This document shows positions 47,232-56,517 of a stretch of 63,878 bases of DNA, in pieces. The notes under the pieces were generated by a model. That model did no database searches. It had not been told where the DNA came from and saw only the letters and a list, made by a program, of their open reading frames with translations. This DNA comes from an uncultured bacterium. GTDB taxonomy: Bacteria > Bipolaricaulota > Bipolaricaulia > UBA7950 > UBA9294. The stretch spans positions 1 through 63,878 of the forward strand of contig CAJVYM010000001.1 in the NCBI GenBank assembly GCA_913009415.1, read 5' to 3'. Every line of letters begins with the position of its first letter. Positions within the stretch are counted from its first letter, which is position 1. The translations under genes were made by a program, and so were the position numbers.

Positions 47232-48401
47232 ATGAAGATTCATGAATACCAGGCCAAGGAGTTATTCTCGTCCTTTTCCATCCCCGTTCCCGCGGGAAAG
47301 ATTGCCTCCACTCCGCGCGAAGCGAGTGAAGCGGCCGCCAGTCTCTCCGGACCGGTGGTGGTAAAGGCGCAGATCTACGCTGGTGGAAGGGGTAAGGCAG
47401 GGGGGGTGAGGCTCGTCGATTCGCCGCAGGAAGCAGAGGGTGCAGCGGAGAAGATCCTGGGGCACCCGCTCGTCACGCATCAGACCGGTCCCGCCGGGCG
47501 GATGGTAAATCGTGTCCTTGTCGAGGAGGCAACTGCTGTCAAGACGGAGATCTATCTTGGGATAACGATCGATCGGTCACGACGCCTCCCGGTGATCATG
47601 GCCAGCCCCGCCGGGGGGATGGAGATCGAGCAGATCGCCATGGATTCCCCCGAGAAGATCTTCAAGGAGTGGATCTTCCCCGAGATCGGCCTGCGTGGGT
47701 TTCAAGCGTACCGACTTGCCCTCAAGCTCGGGCTGAGCGCTCCTGAGACGAAGCAGGTGGCGAGGGTCATCAGCAACCTGTACCGCCTGTTCGTGGAGAG
47801 GGACTGCATGCTGGTGGAGATCAACCCGCTGGTCATCGATAGTGGTGGCAGTGTGATCGCGCTCGACGCGAAGATCAACTTCGACGACAGCGGCCTCTTC
47901 CGCCACCCGGAGATCGAGAAGCTGCGCGACCCCAACGAGGAGAACCCGCTCGAGCTGGAAGCAAAGAAGAACAACCTGAACTACATCAAGCTCGATGGAA
48001 ACGTCGGTTGCCTGGTCAACGGCGCGGGCCTGGCCATGGCCACGATGGACCTGATCAAGCTCGCTGGGGCGGCTCCCGCGAACTTCCTCGATGTTGGTGG
48101 AAGCGCGAATGAAGAGATGATCGAGAAGGGCTTTTCGCTCCTGCTGTCTGATCCCGATGTGCGGGCGGTGTTTATCAACATCTTCGGTGGGATCCTGCGA
48201 TGCGACATCCTCGCCCGCGGAATCGTCGCCGCAGTCAAGCGACTGGAAGTCAAGGTTCCGGTTATCGTGCGCCTGGAGGGGACGAACGTTGAACAGGGGA
48301 GGGAGATCCTCGCTAAGTCGGGGCTCGAGTTTCTCCGAGCGAGTGACCTCGATGAGGCCGCGACGCTCATCGCTCGTGCGCTGCAGGGGGAGGAGAAATG
48401 A
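47232..48401 (+). CDS. sucC: Succinate--CoA ligase beta subunit
   Basis: [12 protein letters not shown]... full-length SucC pattern. Confidence 0.95.
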   Translation: MKIHEYQAKELFSSFSIPVPAGKIASTPREASEAAASLSGPVVVKAQIYAGGRGKAGGVRLVDSPQEAEGAAEKILGHPLVTHQTGPAGRMVNRVLVEEATAVKTEIYLGITIDRSRRLPVIMASPAGGMEIEQIAMDSPEKIFKEWIFPEIGLRGFQAYRLALKLGLSAPETKQVARVISNLYRLFVERDCMLVEINPLVIDSGGSVIALDAKINFDDSGLFRHPEIEKLRDPNEENPLELEAKKNNLNYIKLDGNVGCLVNGAGLAMATMDLIKLAGAAPANFLDVGGSANEEMIEKGFSLLLSDPDVRAVFINIFGGILRCDILARGIVAAVKRLEVKVPVIVRLEGTNVEQGREILAKSGLEFLRASDLDEAATLIARALQGEEK

Positions 48402-49264
48402 GTATTCTAGTAGACAAGAACACGCGCGTATTGGTCCAGGGGATCACCGGTAGGGAAGGAAGCTTCCACACGCAGCAGATGCTCGCCTACGGGACGAATG
48501 TCGTTTGCGGTGTCACCCCGGGAAAGGGTGGACAGGAAGTACACGACGTTCCGGTGTTCAATACGGTCGCCGAGGCGATAATGGAGGCCAAGCCAAATGC
48601 GGCGATGATCTTCGTCCCTCCGAGATTCGCCGCCGACGCCATTCTTGAGGCGGCGGAGGGCGGAATCGAGCTTGTCATCTGCCTGACTGAAGGGATCCCG
48701 GTGAATGACATGGTACGCGTTCGCCGCTACCTCGATATCCACGGCACGAATCTGATCGGACCGAACACGCCGGGCGTCATCTCTCCGGGCAAGGCCAAGC
48801 TTGGGTTGATGGCTGGATACATCCATCGTGAGGGTGGCGTGGGGGTGATGTCCCGTAGCGGAACTCTCACTTACGAAGCGGTTAATCAGCTCTCGCAACG
48901 CGGGATTGGACAATCGACGTGCGTCGGGATCGGGGGGGATCCGATTGTCGGCCTGTCGTTCACCGACCTGCTTGCGCTGTTCGAGAAGGACGAACAGACC
49001 GAGGCCGTGGTGCTGATCGGGGAGATCGGCGGTAACGCCGAGGAGCAAGCGGCGCGTTACATCGCAGACAAGTTCACTAAACCGGTCGTTTCGTTCATCG
49101 CTGGGCGCACTGCGCCTCCGGGACGACGCATGGGGCACGCGGGAGCGATCGTCACCGGTGGTACGGGGACGGCGGCGGCGAAGATCGCTGCCTTAAGCGA
49201 TGCGGGAGTAACGGTTGTGGAGAGCCCGGCCCAGATTGGGTCTGCAATAGCTGCGCTCATCTGA
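48398..49264 (+). CDS. sucD: Succinate--CoA ligase alpha subunit
   Basis: [12 protein letters not shown]...SRSGTLTYE...MGHAGAI. Confidence 0.95.
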   Translation: MSILVDKNTRVLVQGITGREGSFHTQQMLAYGTNVVCGVTPGKGGQEVHDVPVFNTVAEAIMEAKPNAAMIFVPPRFAADAILEAAEGGIELVICLTEGIPVNDMVRVRRYLDIHGTNLIGPNTPGVISPGKAKLGLMAGYIHREGGVGVMSRSGTLTYEAVNQLSQRGIGQSTCVGIGGDPIVGLSFTDLLALFEKDEQTEAVVLIGEIGGNAEEQAARYIADKFTKPVVSFIAGRTAPPGRRMGHAGAIVTGGTGTAAAKIAALSDAGVTVVESPAQIGSAIAALI

Positions 49265-49275
49265 AGAAAATCACC

Positions 49276-49306
49276 TTGACACGTGACAAGAAAAGTGTTA
49301 TACAAT
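49276..49306 (+). promoter_or_regulatory. Strong sigma70-like promoter of the korC-to-malic-enzyme operon
   Basis: TTGACA (49276-49281), 17 nt, TATACA/TACAAT (49299-49306). Confidence 0.6.
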
Positions 49307-49321
49307 TTGCCTGCTGGTGTT

Positions 49322-49337
49322 TGTGATCGTGAGCACA
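49322..49337 (+). promoter_or_regulatory. CRP/FNR-type palindrome in the leader
   Basis: TGTGA-tcgtga-GCACA matches 9 of 10 positions of TGTGA-N6-TCACA. It lies just downstream of the -10. Confidence 0.3.
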
Positions 49338-49390
49338 AGCACAAACAACCTGCAATACACAAGTTGTCTGCGACAATAAGGAGCGAATCG

Positions 49391-49933
49391 ATGCGAATGG
49401 AGATTCGGTTTGCGGGTTTCGGTGGCCAAGGAGTGATCTCCGCCGCCAAAATCTCTGGACGAGCCGCTGCGATCAATGACAAGCTGAACGCTGTCCTAAC
49501 TCAATCGTACGGTCCAGAAGCACGCGGCGGTGCGTGTAACGCTAATGTAGTTATCTCGGAAGAGAGGATTGCTTACCCAGAAGTAACACTTCCTAATCTA
49601 TTAGTGATCCTATCTCAGGAAGCGTACACCACCTTTGGTTCAACTATCGCTCCGGGAGGAACGTTGATCGTCGATCAGGACCTGGTCGACGTGGGGGAGG
49701 TTCCAACTGGCGTTCACCTGTACACGGTGCCGGCCACGCAACTGGCGGAAGGGTTGGGAAACAGGATCGTCGCCAATGTGGTCATGCTGGGAGCGGTCGT
49801 CGCTATCACCGGTGTGGTGAGCAAGGATGCGATGTTGGAGTCGGTGCGCGCCTCGGTTCCCGCGCGGTTCCTCGAATTGAACGAGCGTGCGTTCGAGATC
49901 GGCTACGACTACGGGAGGAAGCTGAAATCATGA
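49391..49933 (+). CDS. korC: 2-oxoacid:ferredoxin oxidoreductase gamma subunit
   Basis: MRMEIRFAGFGGQGVISAAKI...QSYGPEARGG. An AAGGAG RBS precedes it. Confidence 0.85.
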   Translation: MRMEIRFAGFGGQGVISAAKISGRAAAINDKLNAVLTQSYGPEARGGACNANVVISEERIAYPEVTLPNLLVILSQEAYTTFGSTIAPGGTLIVDQDLVDVGEVPTGVHLYTVPATQLAEGLGNRIVANVVMLGAVVAITGVVSKDAMLESVRASVPARFLELNERAFEIGYDYGRKLKS

Positions 49934-51885
49934 GCCGAATCGGCGTCTTTGTTTGCCACTGTGGGATGAACATCGAGGAGACGGTCGACACGCGCTTGGT
50001 AGCGAAAACGCTGAAGGAATACCCGGGTGTCGTTCACGCTGAAGACTATGATTACATGTGCTCCGAGATCGGGCAGCAAAAGATCCGTGAGGCGATCGTG
50101 GAACACAATCTGGATGGAGTGGTTGTCGCTTCCTGCACGCCGAATATGCATCAAGAGACGTTCCGCAACGCGGCGGAAGAGGCGGGACTGAACCGATATC
50201 GTTTGGAAGTGGCTAACATCCGTGAGCAGGTCAGTTGGGTCCACTCCGATCGTCAGGTGGCGACGGAGAAGGCGATTCGCATGGCGCGCGCTGCGGTGGA
50301 AAAGGTGCGCGGCGACGATGACCTGGAGCCGATTGCCGTCGAACATGAGACGAGATGCCTCGTGATTGGCGGCGGGATCAGCGGTATTCAGGCGGCGGTC
50401 GATGTCGCCAACAGCGGACACGAGGTCATCCTGGTGGAGAAGGACCCGAGCATTGGCGGGCATATGGCTCAGCTGTCGGTCACATTCCCCACCCTGGATT
50501 GTGCTCAGTGCATCCTCACGCCGCGCATGGTGGAGGCGTCACGTCACCCAAACATTGAGCTTCTCACCTACAGTGAGGTCGTGAAAGTCGCCGGCTTCAT
50601 GGGAAACTACGAAGTGACGATCCGCAAGAACCCGACCTACGTCGATACGGACAAGTGCAACCTGTGCGACAAATGCTCCGAGGTTTGCCCGGTGAGCGTG
50701 AAAGAGGAATTCAACGAGGGCCTGTCCGAACGCAAGGCGATTTACCTGCCGTTTGAGCAGGCCATCCCCTCATCCTACGTGCTGGACGAGAACGCCTGCC
50801 TGGGAGTGAAGCCGATCCGTTGTGGTCTGTGCCAGGACGTGTGCGACGTCGGGGCGATCGATTACGATATGGCCCCCGAGATGATCACCCAAAAGGTAGG
50901 AGCGATCATCGTCGCCACCGGCTACGACCTGTACGATCCCAGCCACCTCACCGAGTACGGTGGAGGAAAGTATCCCGACGTTGTGACCTCACTTCAGTTT
51001 GAGCGAATGGTTCATCCATCCGGACCGATGAAGGGGCAGCTCCGTCGTCCCTCCGACGGGAGGCCAGTGAAGCGGATCGCCTTCGTCCACTGCGCTGGCT
51101 CGCGCGATCCGGGGCGACACAACCCCTATTGCTCCCGCATCTGCTGCACCTACACCGCCAAGCAAGCGCTTCTGTTCAAGAAGGGAGTGCCCGATGGTGT
51201 AGGAAGCGTGTTCTACATCGATATCCGCACCGATGGGAAGGGATATGAGGAGTTTGCGCAGGGGATCATCTCCGGCAAGCGTATTCGCTACATCCGGGGA
51301 AAAGTCGCCAAGGTGGTAGATGAAGGAGATCATCTCACCGCGTGGGGTGCGGACACCCTGAGCGGAAAGCGGATGGAGATCGATGTCGATCTGGTGGTGC
51401 TAGCCATGGCCATGGTCCCCAGCGAGGGGACGGCTGAACTGGCGAAGACGCTTCACATCAATGTTGACGAGAACGGCTTCCTCAAAGAGGCTCATCCCAA
51501 GCTGCGTCCGGTGGAGACAACAACCGCAGGAGTGTTCATCGCTGGTACCGCGCAGGGGCCGAAGGATATCCCCGATTCGGTGGCCCAGGGGAGCGCTGCG
51601 GCAGCGAAGGCGATCGCCATCCTGGCAGCCGATAAGCTATCTCACTCTCCCGAGGTGGCGGCGGTCAACGAGGAACTGTGCTCGGGGTGCGGAATCTGCG
51701 CGACCGTGTGTCCGTACGACGCAATCAAGATCGAGCGGTCGGGGATAGCGGTTGTGAACGACATCCTCTGCTTTGGGTGTGGCATCTGTGCCGCTTCCTG
51801 CCCTGCAGGAGCAATCGAGGTCAAGAACGAGCGGCACATGCAGATCGAAGAGATGATCGGTGTCGCGTTGGGAAGTGAGAAATGA
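49930..51885 (+). CDS. hdrA: Heterodisulfide reductase subunit A-like flavoprotein
   Basis: N-terminal VFVCHCGMNI, FAD fold VIGGGISGIQAA, several Cys clusters and a C-terminal 2x[4Fe-4S] region (CSGCGICATVCP, CFGCGICAASCP). Confidence 0.9.
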   Translation: MSRIGVFVCHCGMNIEETVDTRLVAKTLKEYPGVVHAEDYDYMCSEIGQQKIREAIVEHNLDGVVVASCTPNMHQETFRNAAEEAGLNRYRLEVANIREQVSWVHSDRQVATEKAIRMARAAVEKVRGDDDLEPIAVEHETRCLVIGGGISGIQAAVDVANSGHEVILVEKDPSIGGHMAQLSVTFPTLDCAQCILTPRMVEASRHPNIELLTYSEVVKVAGFMGNYEVTIRKNPTYVDTDKCNLCDKCSEVCPVSVKEEFNEGLSERKAIYLPFEQAIPSSYVLDENACLGVKPIRCGLCQDVCDVGAIDYDMAPEMITQKVGAIIVATGYDLYDPSHLTEYGGGKYPDVVTSLQFERMVHPSGPMKGQLRRPSDGRPVKRIAFVHCAGSRDPGRHNPYCSRICCTYTAKQALLFKKGVPDGVGSVFYIDIRTDGKGYEEFAQGIISGKRIRYIRGKVAKVVDEGDHLTAWGADTLSGKRMEIDVDLVVLAMAMVPSEGTAELAKTLHINVDENGFLKEAHPKLRPVETTTAGVFIAGTAQGPKDIPDSVAQGSAAAAKAIAILAADKLSHSPEVAAVNEELCSGCGICATVCPYDAIKIERSGIAVVNDILCFGCGICAASCPAGAIEVKNERHMQIEEMIGVALGSEK

Positions 51886-52307
51886 GTGACAATACGGGAT
51901 TTGAACCGAAGATAATTGCGTTTCTGTGTAAGTGGACAACCTACGCCGCCGCCGATCTGTGCGGGGTCAGCCGGATGCCCTATCCGCCCAACATCTCCAT
52001 CATCAGTGTCAACTGTACGGGTGAGGTGACGGCGGACATGATCCTATCCTCTCTTGCGAAGGGGGCCGACGGCATCCTTATCGGCGGCTGCCGGCCCGGC
52101 CACTGCCGCTACGAGGGTGGAAACATCAAGGGATCAAACCGGGTTTACCTGTTGAAGCGAGCTCTAAGAGAGTTCGGAGTTAACACCGAGAGAATCCGCG
52201 AGGTGGGTATAGCCGGTGCGCAGGGGTTGGTCTTCCAACGAGCGGTAGAAAAATTCACCGCCGATATCCGCGCCCTGGGACCGAGCCCGGTGGTGTCCAA
52301 TGTCTAA
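51882..52307 (+). CDS. mvhD: MvhD-like (methyl-viologen-reducing hydrogenase delta subunit family) protein
   Basis: KIIAFLCKW..YAAADLCG...GADGILIGGCRPGHCRYEGGN. Confidence 0.85.
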   Translation: MSDNTGFEPKIIAFLCKWTTYAAADLCGVSRMPYPPNISIISVNCTGEVTADMILSSLAKGADGILIGGCRPGHCRYEGGNIKGSNRVYLLKRALREFGVNTERIREVGIAGAQGLVFQRAVEKFTADIRALGPSPVVSNV

Positions 52308-53196
52308 TAAGAAAACGCTGGCGTTCTACGCGGCGAGCGGCTGCGGCGGTTGTAGCCAATCGTTGATGTTGAGCCCCAGCCTGGCCGCGATGCTGGAGGG
52401 CGTTGATATTGCCTTCTGGGCGACGCAGGGAGCTGATCTCACATCAGATGACATCTCTGGATTTGATGATAAGGGGATTGACGTCCTTATCTACGCAGGT
52501 CCACTACACGACGAAAGTTCCATAGACACTGCCAAGCTATTGCGCCGCAAGGCAAAGAGGATCGTTTCCTACGGGGCGTGCGCTCATCTCGGCGGCCTAT
52601 GTGGGCTGACAAACGTCTACCCCGGTGCGCAGTTGCGCGCACTATCTAAGACCGATGGAGAAGGATTCGTGCAGCCGCTCTCAGCGGTGATCGATGTCGA
52701 CTACATCCTCCCCGGGTGCCCTCCTCCAGAGGCGATGGTAACGCGGATGGTGGAAGAACTATTCCTCTCAGACGATGTACCAGAGATTGGAACCGTGTTT
52801 GCTAGCTCCAAGGGAGTTTGCGCGGAGTGCGGTCGTGAGCACGTACGCAATCCGCTCACTGCAATTCGAAGGTTCCACACCGATCCCCCCGATCCGAGTG
52901 TCTGCCTGATCGATCAGGGCTACATCTGCCTGGGACCGGTGACCAGGGGCGGCTGCGAGGCGGTCTGCTTGCGATCGAACCGTCCGTGCACCGGATGCGC
53001 TGGGCCGGTAGCGGGGGTACTCGACCAAGGGGGAGCGATCCTGCACGCGCTCGCCTCCCTCGTCTCCTTCTCGGGAGACGGTAATGAAGAAAAGGAGCAT
53101 CAGGTGCTCGATTCGATACCAGATGTCGTGGGTACGGCCTACAAGTATTCCGCCGCTTCCTCGCTTCTAAAAAAGAGGGTGAACGATGGCAAGTAA
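52300..53196 (+). CDS. NiFe-hydrogenase small-subunit-like FeS protein (MvhG-like)
   Basis: GCGGC, YGACAHLGG and LPGCPPP proximal-cluster motifs. Further Cys clusters: CAEC, CLGPVTRGGCEAVC, CTGCAGP. Confidence 0.8.
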   Translation: MSNKKTLAFYAASGCGGCSQSLMLSPSLAAMLEGVDIAFWATQGADLTSDDISGFDDKGIDVLIYAGPLHDESSIDTAKLLRRKAKRIVSYGACAHLGGLCGLTNVYPGAQLRALSKTDGEGFVQPLSAVIDVDYILPGCPPPEAMVTRMVEELFLSDDVPEIGTVFASSKGVCAECGREHVRNPLTAIRRFHTDPPDPSVCLIDQGYICLGPVTRGGCEAVCLRSNRPCTGCAGPVAGVLDQGGAILHALASLVSFSGDGNEEKEHQVLDSIPDVVGTAYKYSAASSLLKKRVNDGK

Positions 53197-54490
53197 CGTG
53201 ATCGCTCTCATCCCTCACTTCGACGAGGTGGTGCTGACGGATAACAATAAGCTCGCTGCCCGCGTTGCAATCCCGCAAACGGGCGATGGCTTTTCATCGT
53301 ACATGCGTGGCCGGCTGGCGGAGGATCTCCCGCTGTACGTTCAGCGGCTCGATACCCATTGCGCCGTCTCGCAGCACCTGGCCGCGGTGAGCGCGCTCGA
53401 TCGCTGTTACGGTGCGTCCCCGCCGGAGAAGGCGGTGAGGATCCGTCGGGCACTCGCCTATGCTGGTGTGTACTACCACCATCTGGAGCAGCTATTCTTG
53501 AGCCGACCGAGCGGAGATGTCGGTATTGCCGGCCTTGTTACTACCGATGAAACGTTGGCACCGACCGACATCTTTGAAACGCTCGGGCGCGCGCGTGATG
53601 TGATCGACATTCTGGGTGGACGCGGGATCACCCCCGAGTGCGGGATCGCTGGTGGAGTGACGAAGGGACCCACGGATGACGAGCTTCCGCGCGCCAAGGA
53701 TATCTCCTCGCATCTACTGGAGTTCGCTCTGCAGGCCGAGAAAGGGTTCCGAGGTTCGGGGGCGATATGGGTGACCGAGCATGATCTCAGCGTCCCTGCC
53801 TATTCTCTAGGTACAGTGAACGATGTGGCAGAGGCGAGCCTGTACGATGGAGCGCTTCGCATTGTCGATCCGGAAGGAACTGAAACCGCTGTGGGTGGCA
53901 CGAAGGAGATCCTCCCGATACTCCTAGCCTGGAAGGAGGATCTGCCGCTTCGCGTCGGTCCGCTCGCTCGACTGAACGTCGGTTCCGGTGCGTCCACCCC
54001 GCAGGCGAAAGCCCTTCAGAAGTACCTGTTCGACGCGCTTGGAGAGCCGCCGATCGACCGCGTTGCCGCCGGACACTGGGCGATGGTCATCGAGCTGGTG
54101 GAGTCAGCGGAGCTCTTGGTTTCGGCGCTAACTACGCTGGAAACCGGGGACTCTGTGATCAACTCCGCGTTAAATGATCCCTGTGAAGGGATTGCCGCGA
54201 TCGAAGGAGCGAGCGGCACGCTGCTCCATCACTACGTGATCGACGAGCAGGGGATCGTCCAGGAAGCGCGGATCGTATCCCCAGAGTCGCTGCGCGCAAC
54301 GGAGGTGAACGCCGCTCTATCTTCGGCCATCAGCGATGGCGCTTCCGGTGTAACGGAGGGCGTGATCGAGCAGATCGTGAGCGTAATCGGCTCTTACCAG
54401 CCGGCGTACGTTCCTTCTGCGGCGTTCCCACTTCGCATCACCCTGCACGACAAAGGCGGAAAGGTAGCGAAGGAATGGAGGAGACCATGA
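53186..54490 (+). CDS. NiFe-hydrogenase large-subunit-like protein lacking most Ni-Fe cysteine ligands (MvhA-like)
   Basis: RLDTHCAVSQHLAAVSALD aligns with RICGICDVQHHLAAAKAVD, so the first Cys is Asp. EGASGTLLHHYVID aligns with the EAPRGxLxH motif. The C-terminus SYQPAYVPSAAF stands in place of DPCxxCxxH. Confidence 0.7.
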   Translation: MASNVIALIPHFDEVVLTDNNKLAARVAIPQTGDGFSSYMRGRLAEDLPLYVQRLDTHCAVSQHLAAVSALDRCYGASPPEKAVRIRRALAYAGVYYHHLEQLFLSRPSGDVGIAGLVTTDETLAPTDIFETLGRARDVIDILGGRGITPECGIAGGVTKGPTDDELPRAKDISSHLLEFALQAEKGFRGSGAIWVTEHDLSVPAYSLGTVNDVAEASLYDGALRIVDPEGTETAVGGTKEILPILLAWKEDLPLRVGPLARLNVGSGASTPQAKALQKYLFDALGEPPIDRVAAGHWAMVIELVESAELLVSALTTLETGDSVINSALNDPCEGIAAIEGASGTLLHHYVIDEQGIVQEARIVSPESLRATEVNAALSSAISDGASGVTEGVIEQIVSVIGSYQPAYVPSAAFPLRITLHDKGGKVAKEWRRP

Positions 54491-54915
54491 CCAAGGCCAA
54501 GCAGACTGCGCAGGAGGAGTTCGCCCTCCTTGAGCTATCGATGGATGAGATCGTCGATAAGGTCGAGGAGCTGTCGGGCGAGAACGTATTCGACTGCTAC
54601 CAATGTGGCATGTGCTCTGCCGGATGCCCGCTTGCAGAAGAGATGGATCTCCTGCCAAATCAGGTGTTGCACGCACTGCAGATGAAGGATCCCGAGGCGA
54701 TGAGCGCAAACTCGATGTGGATCTGCGCCAGTTGCTACACGTGCCAAGTGCGCTGTCCAAAGGGAGTCGATCTTGCCAAGGTGATGGAGGCGATGCGTCA
54801 GATCTACCTACGCAAGAGGATGGACCACGTATCGCTCGATGGCCTCAGTCATCGGGAGATCCGTCGCCTGCCGCAGATCGCCATCGTCGCATCGTTTAGA
54901 AAGAAGACTGGGTGA
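54475..54915 (+). CDS. hdrC: Heterodisulfide reductase subunit C-like 2x[4Fe-4S] protein
   Basis: CYQCGMCSAGCP and CASCYTCQVRCP. Confidence 0.85.
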   Translation: MEETMTKAKQTAQEEFALLELSMDEIVDKVEELSGENVFDCYQCGMCSAGCPLAEEMDLLPNQVLHALQMKDPEAMSANSMWICASCYTCQVRCPKGVDLAKVMEAMRQIYLRKRMDHVSLDGLSHREIRRLPQIAIVASFRKKTG

Positions 54916-55796
54916 ATAAATTGGAGAAATTAACATATTTTCCTGGCTGTACGTTGAAGGACACCGCGAGCGATTTTGAGATCTCGGGGATGGCGGTGAT
55001 GGAGGCGCTCGGCTACGTTTTGGAAGAGCTGGAACGCTGGAACTGCTGCGGCACGGTCTTCTCCCTCACCGATGACGACCTGATGCATCAGATCGGGCCG
55101 GTGCGCGACCTGATCCGCGCCCAGGAGGCGGGTTCGGAGGAGATCATCACCCTCTGTTCGATGTGCTACGCCACGCTGAAGCGGTCGAGCCTATTCGTGA
55201 ATGGAAATCAGGAGAGGTTGGACAAGATAAACGCCTTCATGAACAAGGAGATCGACTACGAGGGGAAGGTGAGTGTACATCATCTGCTCGAGGTCCTGCG
55301 CGACCGCATCGGTTGGGAGAAGGTCGAGGAGAGGGTTACAAACCCACTGGAAGGCCTGTCCGTCGCCCCGTTCTACGGGTGCACGCTGCTGCGCCCACAG
55401 GAGATCGCGATCGATGATCCGGATGCTCCAACGGTGCTGCAGGACCTTACCCAGGCGCTGTGGGCGACTCCGATCGACTACGCATATTCCGTCGAGTGCT
55501 GCGGGGCGTACCAGGTGGTCGATCACCGCGACGTCGTCATCGAGCGGACACACCGCATCATGAGCGCGGCGCGGAGAGCGGGGGCTGATGTCATTGTCAC
55601 CAGTTGTCCCCTCTGCCACTTTAATTTGAGCGATACTCAGAAAGAACTTGTCCGGACGATCCCCGATTACGAGGAGATGCCGATTATCTACTTCACCCAG
55701 CTGATGGCGCTCGGGTTCGGCGTCGAGGCAGGAAAGATTCCCGCCTCGCTCAAGGCCAAAGTGAAGCGACTTCAGACGGTCAAGGGGGAGGGATGA
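54912..55796 (+). CDS. hdrB: Heterodisulfide reductase subunit B-like protein (two CCG domains)
   Basis: YFPGCTL, WNCCGT, ECCGAY and SCPLCHFN. Confidence 0.85.
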   Translation: MNKLEKLTYFPGCTLKDTASDFEISGMAVMEALGYVLEELERWNCCGTVFSLTDDDLMHQIGPVRDLIRAQEAGSEEIITLCSMCYATLKRSSLFVNGNQERLDKINAFMNKEIDYEGKVSVHHLLEVLRDRIGWEKVEERVTNPLEGLSVAPFYGCTLLRPQEIAIDDPDAPTVLQDLTQALWATPIDYAYSVECCGAYQVVDHRDVVIERTHRIMSAARRAGADVIVTSCPLCHFNLSDTQKELVRTIPDYEEMPIIYFTQLMALGFGVEAGKIPASLKAKVKRLQTVKGEG

Positions 55797-55797
55797 G

Positions 55798-56517
55798 ATG
55801 ATAAGTGAGAAACAGGAGAAGGAAATGATCCGCATCCATGTCATGGGCAAGACCTACGAGGTCCCTGCCGGTCTGACGATTATGGATGCGATGGAGTACG
55901 CCGGCTACCGGTTCACCCGCGGCGCGGGCTGCCGATCGGGGTTCTGCGGGGCATGTTCCACCGTCTACCGCTACGAGGGGGATTACCGGCTGCAGTTCGC
56001 CCTCGCCTGCCAGGAGACGGCGGCCGATGGGATGTACCTGGTGCAGCTTCCGTTCACCCCGGCTCCCCGCGCCAAGTACGACATCGAGAAGATAAATCTC
56101 AAGGAGAACGTCCTCCTCCAATACTATCCGGAGATCGCGCGCTGCGTCTCCTGCAACACGTGCACCAAGGCCTGTCCGCAGGATATTGAGGTGATGGACT
56201 ACATTCAAGCGGCCCTGCGCGGGGACATCGCGAAGACGGCGGAGCTATCGTTTGACTGTATCCAGTGCGGCCTGTGCAGCATGCGCTGCCCGGCGGACAT
56301 CAAGCACTACCACATGGCTCAGATGGCGCGGCGGATCTATGGGCGCTACATGTCCCCCGTCCCGCAACACCTGGAGAATCGCCTGCAGGAGATCGCCGAT
56401 GGTGCCTTCGATGCCGAGCTGGACAAGTTGGTGAACATGAGTCGGGAGGAGCTGGAGGAAGCGTACGCCGCCCGAGTGAGCGAGGAAGCATCTGCAGGGA
56501 GTGAGAGAAGTGAGTAA
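55798..56517 (+). CDS. Succinate dehydrogenase/fumarate reductase iron-sulfur-subunit-like protein
   Basis: 2Fe-2S motif GCRSGFCGACS...C, then CVSCNTCTKACP and CIQCGLCSMRCP. Confidence 0.8.
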   Translation: MISEKQEKEMIRIHVMGKTYEVPAGLTIMDAMEYAGYRFTRGAGCRSGFCGACSTVYRYEGDYRLQFALACQETAADGMYLVQLPFTPAPRAKYDIEKINLKENVLLQYYPEIARCVSCNTCTKACPQDIEVMDYIQAALRGDIAKTAELSFDCIQCGLCSMRCPADIKHYHMAQMARRIYGRYMSPVPQHLENRLQEIADGAFDAELDKLVNMSREELEEAYAARVSEEASAGSERSE

